DNA of 64,000 nt from Neocallimastix sp. 'constans' (Eukaryota), in the NCBI GenBank assembly GCA_050613775.1, contig JBODTK010000011.1, positions 992,001 to 1,056,000 on the forward strand. The letters run 5' to 3'. Of the stretch, positions 53,745 to 64,000 are shown piece by piece. A program made the translations under genes and the position numbers. The stretch's first letter is position 1. Each line of letters begins with the position of its first letter. Under the pieces are notes generated by a model. It saw nothing but the letters and a program-made list of their open reading frames with translations. It searched no databases and was not told where the DNA came from.

Positions 53745-56700
53745 ATAATTCCGAAAAATAGGGAATTACGTTCTTTAATTGTATATTTCTTTCTTCAATT
53801 TCCCCAGATATCGGGTCACAGACAGTAACGGTGTTGAACTCCTTTTATATTATTTTTAAAGGTCCGGTAAAGTATGGATCTAACTTTCTTCTATTGAAAA
53901 CCTTGACTAATACTAGATCCCCTGGTTTATAATCCGAATGCATTCTTCTTATTTGTTTACGGCGGTCACTCCATAGCTTATTTGCAGTCTTGATATTTTC
54001 TACTGCTTCCTTGATCCACTTGTGGTGTTGTATGAATTTCTGGAGCCAATATTCTTCTTCCTTTTCATATTTATTCCTAATTTCCTTATTTAATGTTAGT
54101 TCCAATGGTTGTAGATCTTGGCGTCCATACAATAGTTCGAAACTACTAAACTTTGTTCTTTCATTTTTGCATGTCCTCAAGGCCCACAAAGCACTGGGTA
54201 GAATCTCATCCCAATCATCTTCTTCGTTGGCTAATAATTTTAAATACTTAATAACTTAATAACTTCCTTGTTCCTGTTTTCGACTTCTCCATTGGTCGAG
54301 GGGTGGTACGTAGTTGCATAATTTACGTAAACATCATGGAGATCCAAAAAAGCTTTGGTCTTATCTGAGTAGAACTGTGGCCCATTATCTGTAATCAACA
54401 GCTCAGGAACCCCATGACGAGCAAATACTTTTTTTAGAAATCTTATTACATCATTTGAACCAATTTCATTTAATGGTTCAGCTTCCACCCATATAGTTAA
54501 ATAGTCCACTAAGACTATTATATATTTGTTCCCAGCTCTTCTCTTTGGTAACGGTCCAACAAGATCCAATCCGACTCTGGAGAATGGGTATCCCGGCTTG
54601 GTTGGTAAGTTTTCTACATTTTCATTTTGCTTTTGGCGTTTATACATTTGGCATTTTGGGCAGCATCTAATATAGGTTTGGATTTCTCTATTAATTCCTT
54701 TCCAATAATAATTGGGTTTCAACCGATGGTATATTTTATAAATACCTTCGTGACCTATGGCATGAGCAGTTTCAATCAACTTTAACTTTTCTTCTTCGTT
54801 GTCAAATATTTTCCTAAGTCTTCCGTTTTGTTTATAATATTTCTTTCCTTCTATTTCGACGATTCTACTCTTGATAAAATCTTCAATATTTTGCGAGACG
54901 AGTACCACTTCATTACCTTTCTTCTCCAATTCTTCTATTTTTTTCATAGTATCCATCCTGGACAGAGCATCGGCAATAACATTCTTCCTTCCCTCCTCAA
55001 ATTGAACCTTAACCTGAAGAGCACTTAACGTTGTTACCCACTTTAAATGGCGGTTATTAGAGGGCTCCGTATTATTGCAGATTCCAACTAGGGGTTTGTG
55101 ATCGGTCACCAATGAAGTAACTAAATTATTTCCTAAAATATAATGTTTAAATTTCTTTATGCAGTATAATGCTGCAGTTCCCTCCAAATCGGTAACACTT
55201 TAGTTAGTTTCAGCCTTCCGCAGCGCTCTACTAACATAATGAATTGGTTTCTCAACTCCATTATCATCCTTTTGTATAATGACGCCTCCAATTCCACTGC
55301 GAGATGCATCGCTTCTTATAATGAATGGTTTATTAAAATCCGGTGGTATTAGTATAGGGGCCTGTATTAATCTTTCTTTGAGAGTCTTAAAAGCTAAGTC
55401 GGATTCCTTAGTCCACTCAAATTTTTAATCTTTCTTTAACAATTGAAAAAGTGGACTGGCAATTTGGGCAAAGTCCTTAATAAACTTTCGATAACAACTG
55501 CTCCTAGAAATGAACGAAGTTTAGATACATCTTTTGGTGGGATCCAATTATAAATAACATTCACCTTTTCAGGAATTGGTTGTATACCTTTGGTAGATAA
55601 GACGTGACCTAATAATTCCACTTCTTCTTGAAAGAAATGGCATTTTTCCAAGTTCAACTTCAATCCGTTATCTTGTAGTATGGTGAAAACCTCGCTAAGA
55701 TCCTTAACATGCTGTTCATAAGAAGGAGAGAAAACAACCAAGTCGTCAATGTAAACAAAAACACTCTTACCAATTAAGCTAAAAAAAATCCTATTCATCT
55801 CCCTTTGGAAGGTTGCGGGAGCGTTACACAACCCAAAGGGCATGACCTTAAAGTTATAATTTCCATAAAGTGTTGTGAAACAAGTTATCTCTTGATCTTC
55901 CGGGTACATTGGCACTTGGTGGTAACCCGAAAATAGATCAATAGTTGATAGAACTTGATTCCTTCCAATATAACTAAGGATATCCTCAATAAGAGGTAGA
56001 GCGTACGCATCCTTTTCTGTTAAACTGTTAACTCTCCGGTAGTCCACGCACATCCTATATTGACCATTTTTCTTTAAAACTAATACTACGGGAGAGGACC
56101 AAGGAGAGTGGGAAGGTTCTATCAGGCCATTGTTTATCAATTTTTCTAACTCTTTCTTTAACGCTTGAGCCTGAATCTTCGATAAACGGTATGCTCGCTG
56201 TTTGACTGGCTTGCTTCCTGGTTTGAGTATTATCCTGTGTGGTAGAAGCTTGGTTGGTTTCAAGTCGTCTGCTTTCATGGCCAAAATGTCTTTAAAATCT
56301 TCGAACAGCTTGGTAACTGGATCCTTAACCACTTTTGGGATTAAATTAATAATTTTCTCAACACGAGTTTCCTTATTATCCAATGACTCTTCATTTGCTG
56401 TAATCAGGGGCACGGTTATATTTACTGGTTTACTTGCATCTATTTCTTCCACTTCTTCTGAGGTCTCATTATTTTCTTCGTCAGCATTTAAACGTAAATC
56501 GTAATAAATTGGTGCAAGTCTTATTGGGAAATTATTTTTATCAGTAGTATACAACGTATCATCATTAAAGTTTAGTATTAATTTATGTTTCTTAAGTGAA
56601 TCTACCCCAATTAATAATTCAAATAGATCGTCCTTTTCAATAACTCTGAAATAATCTTTAAAAGTTACTGGTCCTATAGAGATCTCTAGTTCATAGATAT

Positions 56701-57679
56701 CGGAAGACATAGTAGTATTGATATATGCTTGTAATATCATTTCGGTGATGTTTCCAACTGGCTTTTTGTTTATTTTATACTTCTTCAAAGCAGCACGAGT
56801 AACCATATTAATTCTAGCACAAGAGTCCAGAAAAATTTCGCCATTTTGTCCTTCTATTTGCCCATAAACTTTTGAGATTTTATTTTCACTTATTACATTT
56901 ACTGCATTAGTGATCACACTTTCCTTGGTAATTGTTTTTGATGTTGTTTTTGGCTTTAACTTTAATTTCTTCTGGAAAGCTGAACGAAACTTTGGAAACA
57001 GATCAAATAAATGGACTAATTTGGTACCAACTTCAGTGTCGGCTACCTTATCCACTAGTTCCTCTATTAGATATTCTTCAAACCCGTCCATCAAGCGGAT
57101 GTGACGTTCTAGATTCGTCACCCTTTCAGCCAGGTCTTGTTCTTTATCTTCATTCAGGCTACCTTCTCTTAGTTCTTCCAGCCTCTCCTCTTTATTACTT
57201 CGTTTAACCGGTTCTATTCTTTTCTCGGCTAAATAAGACAAATCTAATTGATCTAACCGAGAAGTATTAGCAGTTTTAGTTACTTGTTCTGGCTCCCCTA
57301 GATTCATTTCCATATCTACTGGTTCCCTGTTCTCGGCTAAGTCGTTGGAGTTCCCTTGTTGGTTGGTAATAGCGTTGACATTTTCCTTCTTCTTAACTTT
57401 TGTATTTTTAGTTCTTTCTTGTTGTTGTGGTTGTGAATTATAAACCATAGCAGGGGTTGATATAGGCACTGGATTTTCTTTTAAATCAGAGTTATTTATT
57501 GACCTTGGTTTAGCATAAGGAGTATTTCTCTGGTTTCTAGGGATGTTCTTCTTTATTGCTGGAATAACGACTTCGGCATGTGCATTTGTAGTATGGACTT
57601 GGTCATTCAGCTCTTGATTAGCTGCAAGTATGCTGGTTTGTTTACTGGAAGTTTTCCTTCTCCCATCTTCTAATTTAAA
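53745..57679 (-). pseudogene. pol: Gypsy-4 Pol, fragmented
   Basis: ORF pieces 55436-57727 (DSC protease, YIDD RT), 54240-55187 and 53845-54189. Confidence 0.88.
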
Positions 57680-58662
57680 AGTCCCTTTTCTTCCATTTCC
57701 GCTAGATCTTTGAAGGTATAGGGACATTCTGGTGACTTATGACCAAGTTGATTACATCTAAAGCACCTAAAAGTACTAGATTTCTTGGAAAGCTCATCTT
57801 TAGCTTCTTGATCGTTAGTATCCAATGTTACTCTTTTCGGAATAGTTTTAAAATAGATTTGTTTCTTGTCTGTCCTCAGGTTGCCCATAAATCTTCTATC
57901 CGAAATTGGATTTGGCTTAGAATAATAATTTCTTGGTTGATATCTTCGATTACTATTCCTATTGTAACCAAAAGGGGTTTTTATATATCTTAGCTCATCC
58001 TTGTATTGGTAATTATCTTCCTTATCTATGAAATTCTGGTATATAGGGTGGCTAGTCATATAACTTCTGTTTTGTGTAACCATGGTAGCGTTTCTTGAGC
58101 TCTTTTTCTTCTTTAGTTGTAATTCCTCATTTCTTTCTTGAATTTCTTTTTCGGTAGTTTCCGCAAGCTCAGCAATTTCATATGCTTCTTGTAAAGTATC
58201 TACCTTGGCAATAGACACTTGAGAACACGGAAAAACCCTAGAGCTAATGGAATCCTTGTATTCTTTAATGGTAATTAACTTTTGGTAGTCCCGATTAAGA
58301 TTGTGATATAATTTTTTGTAACGGTGGTTAAACTGTTCTAATGACTCACCTTCTGCAATCATTAAGTTTCGTAAAATGGCCCATGTATCACCCTCTGTTA
58401 TTTCTAGATAGCTTTCTACCGCTTTTTGAATTTCGCTGAACTTGGGATAACGTTCTTCTCCATTTCTCCGAATTGCTAATGCTTTAACGGCGTCTTTAAC
58501 ATCATCTTCTACAGCAGCAAGTACCCAAATGAATACCTTCTTTGGTTCTGTAATATCATAAAGAAGAAGGTATTCCTTAAGATCATCCACCCATTCGAGA
58601 ACATTTTTCCCATAATCTTCTAAGCGTGGGAGTTCTCTTTTGATTTTAGCAGCATCCAACAT
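57670..58662 (-). CDS. gag: Gypsy-4 Gag
   Basis: CFRCNQLGHKSPEC; similar to Gypsy-3 Gag; TTTAAAT slip site. Confidence 0.9.
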   Translation of the reverse strand: MLDAAKIKRELPRLEDYGKNVLEWVDDLKEYLLLYDITEPKKVFIWVLAAVEDDVKDAVKALAIRRNGEERYPKFSEIQKAVESYLEITEGDTWAILRNLMIAEGESLEQFNHRYKKLYHNLNRDYQKLITIKEYKDSISSRVFPCSQVSIAKVDTLQEAYEIAELAETTEKEIQERNEELQLKKKKSSRNATMVTQNRSYMTSHPIYQNFIDKEDNYQYKDELRYIKTPFGYNRNSNRRYQPRNYYSKPNPISDRRFMGNLRTDKKQIYFKTIPKRVTLDTNDQEAKDELSKKSSTFRCFRCNQLGHKSPECPYTFKDLAEMEEKGLLN

Positions 58663-59361
58663 AGTGTATTATTAAGTTTATGTTTAGCAATATATATATA
58701 TTTTTTATATAAATATTTTATAACAAGTTATATATATAATTTTTTTTTTATAATAGTTTATAATGTTTCATAGAGCATACGCCCGGATTCTCCACTAGAA
58801 ATTTGGGACGTAATGCTCTATATTAATTATTTTTATAATATTTTATTTATTTTTATTTTATATATTAATATTATTATTTTTCCTCCCCAAAATTTATTTT
58901 TTGTAAATTTTCCTATTTATATATGTTTTTAAAATTTAATTTAATATTTTTATACTATTTGATTATTTTCTTAATTTTTATTTTATAATTTTTATACAAT
59001 TTAATAGTTAATTAATATATTATACCTTAAAAATAATAAACAATATTTATTTTAAATACATATTAAAAAAAAATAATTAAAAATATTTATTTTAAATACA
59101 TATTATTTAGAAATGTTAGTAATTTAGAATTAAACTATTTTAGTTTATTATTTATATAAATAAAAATACTAATTTTTAATTAAAAATATACTTTAATTTA
59201 ACAATTTAATTGTTTGTTAAATAACTATTGTTATTTAATTACTTATTCATATAAACTAATAAAATATAAATTTAAATAATTTAAAAAATTTTTTTTTTTT
59301 GATTAGGTTATTTTCTTAAATTTAAGAAATTCATATTTTTCTGAACGTAACGTTCCAGAAA

Positions 59362-59754
59362 TGGTACAGATAGCACGAATTTCTGGAATTTAATTGTAAT
59401 TTAATTAATATTATTAATAATAATTATTCTCTTAAATATTTAAATTCTTAAGTAAATTTATATTTATTAAAAATTATTAATTTCAATTATTTTTATTTTA
59501 AATGTTAAATCTCACACATTCGGAATCTCAATTTCACTAGATTCCGATTTTGATCAATTTTTAAATATTTTTATATTTGACAAAAACTACTTTATTAATT
59601 TTCTTTATTTACTACATATTTAAAATACATCTTACATTACAATTTTCATTTAACTATATTTAGTTTAATTTATTTCTATTTTAACAATTTTGTTATTAAT
59701 TAAATTTTTTTTATATAATTTTAAATTTTAAATTTTTCATTTGGTCTTGTACCA
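59362..59754. mobile_element. Solo LTR V, with termini like Gypsy-5
   Basis: TGGTACAGA...GGTCTTGTACCA; TSD GAAA at 59358-59361 and 59755-59758. Confidence 0.82.
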
Positions 59755-60886
59755 GAAAAATGTGTACAGATACATGGTAACTTCAAGCCTATCCAATGAT
59801 AGTTCTTTGGTTACGTAACGTATCTCCAAACAGCTAGCAATTTCGGCTAATCAAATAAAATCTTTTGTTATTTTCGTACATTAAATTTTATTATTTTATA
59901 ATTAATTATATAGTTAAATACTTCTTTAAATATATTTTATTTAGTGATTAGTAAACTAAGTTAAATTAAATTATTTACCAATCATAGTATTATTGTCATG
60001 TATAAATAATAATTGAACTTGTAACTGTAACGCACTAGCGTTAGTATTAACGTAAATTGTTATTATAAATATTAATATTAATAAATAAAATATAATTATT
60101 AAATAAAATATATTACTCAGTGTAAGCCCAGTAACTGATAACAAATAGAGCTATAAAGTGCTGCGCTATATTCTAGTGTAATAGGAAATAATAGTTATAA
60201 AATTAATTAATTTAGTGTTTATTATTAACAACTCGAATAGAGAGGTGTTAAGTTATCTTAGCCTTTAGATATAATTGTTGTCCGTTATTTTAGTTAATAA
60301 TAAACTTACCTTTTACAATGATAAATAACAAAATTATTAAATTAAAATAAATAATAAAGATCAAATTCTTGTCTAACTTAACCCAAAAATTAATCCATTC
60401 TAAAAAAAAAATTAAATCCATATTTAAGAAAAATTAATTAAATAAAAATAATTAAAATAAAATAATAATAAATTAATTAATAATTAATAATTTTAATTAA
60501 AAACTAAATTAAATTAATAAATAATATTTTTCTAAAACTACAAATAAGCAAAATAATAAACAAATTTAATAAATTATAAATAACAAATAAACAAACTTAT
60601 AAACATCTCAAAATTAAAATTAAATAGTTAAATAATTTTTAAGTTACTTTTATTTAAAATAATAATTATTTTATTTATTTTATAACTCAACTTTTATAAA
60701 CAAATTGTAATTAAAATAACATTTTAAAACTCATCTTTATTAATATTTTAATTGTAAATATTGTTTAATTTAATAATAAATTATTCTTTATTTCTCTTTT
60801 ATTAATTTTATTATTTTTAATGTAAATAGTTTAAAATCAAAGAAAAATATAAAAACATGTAAATATTTCTTATAAATTATTCTTTA

Positions 60887-61238
60887 TTATTAATTATTTA
60901 ATAAATTATTATAGATATTTTATTAGTTTTAATAATCAAAAAGTATGATTATTAATTATTTAATAAATTATTATAGATATTTTATTAGTTTTAATAATCA
61001 AAAAGTATGATTATTAATTATTTAATAAATTATTATAGATATTTTATTAGTTTTAATAATCAAAAAGTATGATTATTAATTATTTAATAAATTATTATAG
61101 ATATTTTATTAGTTTTAATAATCAAAAAGTATGATTATTAATTATTTAATAAATTATTATAGATATTTTATTAGTTTTAATAATCAAAAAGTATGATTAT
61201 TAATTATTTAATAAGTTATTATATATATTTTATTAGTT
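60887..61238. repeat. 62-bp tandem repeat (~5.7 copies) in the Gypsy-5 LTR
   Basis: TTATTAATTATTTAATAAATTATTATAGATATTTTATTAGTTTTAATAATCAAAAAGTATGA unit. Confidence 0.92.
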
Positions 61239-61954
61239 ATTAATAATTAATTTTATTATTAAAATTTAAAATAAATTAGTATAAATAATAAATATTTCAT
61301 TTTATTATTTTATTAGTTTTAACAATTATCTTATTAATTTAAACAAAATTAATTATTAAATAAATAAAGATTAATATTAAAATAAAAATAAATTTTTTAA
61401 TAAAACATTTTTGTGTTTAATAATAAAACATATTTATTTTTTTAAATTTCTTAAATCTATTTTATTCAGTATTTATCCTCTTATTCACTTCTACAAAATT
61501 TAATTTTTGTAGATTAAGAATATCAGGTATAAATCAACATGGTCCATTACATCGAACTCCTAATTTATTTAAGGTAAATATTCTAATATTCCAATTAATA
61601 CACAATAATTTATTATTATTAAAATATTTAATTTCTTTCTTAAATATTATTTTATTTAATTATCTCTTTATTTATTATAAAATTTTAATTCTCAATTTCT
61701 CTTGATCTCAATTTCCCTAAATTGAGATCTCACTAAATCTCGAAATTATTTTTTTTTTTTTTTTGTTAAACTATTTAACCTCTATTTTTAAATTAAATTA
61801 TTTCTAATTTCTATATATTTTAAAAATTTAATACATTAAATTTTTGTACAACTTTACACTATATTTATAATTATTAATATTTATTTTCCACTCTAAGGCT
61901 ATATTAATTTTATGGATTTCAATCGGTCTTGTACCAAGATCCCCCGTCGCCAGA

Positions 61955-64000
61955 TCAGACTTCGTCCCTTGAAGTCTCCATGGTAAAGAATGGAATGACA
62001 TTTTTCTTATGTACATTCCTATCCATAACTTCACCAGTCTGAGGATCGCATAAGGTTATGGTATTGAATTCCGATTTACCTACCTTTAAAGGTCCTAAGA
62101 AGTAAGGATCTAGTTTTCGTCTATTTAAGTAACGTACTAGAACTAAGTCTCCACTTTTATAAGTGTTTTGCATTCTTTTTATTTGCTTACGCCTATCTCT
62201 CCACAACAGATTGGCGTTCTCAATATTATCTATCGCTTCATTTATCCACTTCCTATGAATAAGGAATTTTCTTAGAATATATTCTTCTCGAGTCTCATTC
62301 GGTTCTTGCCTGTCGAGATTAACCAGTAGTTCGAAGGGTTGTTTATCCCTTCTTCCATACAGAAGTTCGAAACTTGAAAATCCGGTCTTCTCGTTCTTGG
62401 TTGTTCTTAGAGCCCACAATGCAGAGGGTAATACTTCATCCCAATCTCTACATTGCTCACTTAACAAACGTAGGTATTTTCCGATTTGTTTATTTCGATT
62501 TTCTACTTTACCATTGGTTTCTGGATGGTAGGGAGTAGAAGGTTTTAAATACACATTATAAATATCAAGGAATCCTTTGGTTTGATTCGAAATAAACTGG
62601 GGACCGTTATCAGAAATAAGTATTTCTGGAATACCGTGTCTACTGAATACTTCAATCAAGAATTCAATGACATCTGAGGATTCTATTTTATTTACGGCTT
62701 TGGCCTCAACCCATTCCGTAAAATAATCGACTAATACAATTATGTATTGGTTATTACGCTTTGTAACATACAACGGACCGACTATATCCAATCCAACTCT
62801 AACAAAGGGAGCTTCAGCTGGAGTAGGAATAGTTTCTTCTTTAGGATAAGGTCTGTTTCTAAATGCTTGACATTTTGGACATGTTTTTATTGTTAACTTC
62901 ACATCTTTTAACATATTTGTCCAATAATAATCCCTTTTTAATCTATTATAGGTCTTGAAGATACCTTCATGACCGAGATTATGAGCATTTAAGAGTAATT
63001 TTACTTTTTGTTCCTTAGTTTTAATAATCTTTCGAAGATTATTATCTTCTTTATAGAATTCTTCACCATCAACTTTAATAATTATCCATTAAAGATGTAG
63101 CAGACAAATTAGTAGCGTTCACTTGGATAACAGGATTCCGGGATAATGCATCGGCAAGTATATTCTTTCTACCATCTTCATAATGCACTACGACTTTAAG
63201 CATACTAAAGGTTAAGATCCAATTTGTGAGTTGTCTATCATTGTCTACGGGTGATTTGGATTTAAACAAACTTACGAGGGGTTTATGATCAGTGATCAGG
63301 ATAGTTTCAAAATCGTTTCCTGTAATAAAAGCTTTGAATTTCATTACGCAATAATAAGCAGCAGCGCCTTCTAGCTTAGTTATTGGATAATTCTTTTCTT
63401 CTTTCTAGATCTACTTTCGTAATAAATAGGAAATTCTGTTTTATCATGTTTTTGTAATAGAACTCCTCCAAAACCATTATAAGAGGCATCAGTTCTTATA
63501 ATGAATTGTTTGGAAAAGTCAGGATACTTCAATAATGGGTAATTGATCAAACGTTCTTTTAAAATATCGAAACATTCTTGACATTCGATTGACCAAAGAA
63601 ATGGTACATCTTTCTTGAGTAAATTATATAAACAATGGGCTATCCTGGATAAGTTTGGTATAAACTTACGGTAATAGCCTACAATACCAAGAAAAGATCT
63701 TAATTTACTCACATCGGTTGGAGGATCCCAATTTTTAATTGCCTCCACCTTCGTCATCACAGGTTTAATACCATTAAGTGTAAGCATGTGGCCGAGGACT
63801 TCAACTTCTTTCATGAAGAAATTGCACTTCTCTATATTAATTTTAAGTCCGTTTTCCTTGATTATTAGAAAAACTTTTTCCAAGTCCAAGAAATGTTGTT
63901 CTAAACTAGGGGAAAATATTACAAGATCATCAATATAAACAAACATACATTTTCCAATTAAGGGAAAGAATATCCTATTCATTTCCCGTTGAAAGGTGGC
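61955..64000 (-). pseudogene. pol: Gypsy-5 Pol (RT-RNaseH-IN), fragmented
   Basis: ORF pieces 63380-63982, 63075-63344 and 61955-62914. Confidence 0.88.

Larger units (their letters stand above)
53122..59357 (-). mobile_element. Gypsy-4: full-length Ty3/Gypsy with frameshifted pol
   Basis: LTRs 53122-53692 and 58804-59357 (TGGGACG...TTCCA); TSD GAAA at 53118-53121 and 59358-59361; tRNA-Ala-like PBS TAGTGGAGAATCCGGGC; PPT AAGAGGGG. Confidence 0.92.
59761..64000 (-). mobile_element. Gypsy-5: 3' part of a Ty3/Gypsy element running out of the window
   Basis: Putative 3' LTR 59761-61936 (TGTGTACAG...GGTCTTGTACCA); PPT GGGGGATCT; RT/RNase H/IN fragments. Confidence 0.85.

Overview
Extremely AT-rich eukaryotic DNA. 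Composition and ubiquitin sequence suggest an anaerobic gut fungus (Neocallimastigomycota), which is inference only. The first ~13 kb hold a tandem polyubiquitin cluster (4-mer and 6-mer genes, probably a third copy left of the window), a 5'-truncated LINE whose empty site is visible in the duplicated segment, an older LINE relic and microsatellites. At 13.9-16.5 kb are Gypsy and copia relics, followed by a tRNA-Cys(GCA) gene (16921-16992, minus). From 17009 to the window end (47 kb) is an LTR-retrotransposon pile-up that can be resolved almost base by base using LTR ends and target-site duplications (TSDs). Four elements are stacked head-to-tail in the T-run just upstream of the tRNA. Next comes a ~1.1-kb fold-back whose arms include the tRNA's own upstream flank, then four more elements stacked at the mirror-image position, with the coding ones in mirror orientation. 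This looks like Ty3-like Pol III/tRNA-targeted integration and predicts a second, divergent tRNA-Cys just beyond the window. Nested inside are a self-priming (Tf1-like) chromovirus and a copia that appears to use a half-tRNA-Lys(CUU) primer and a -1 frameshift.
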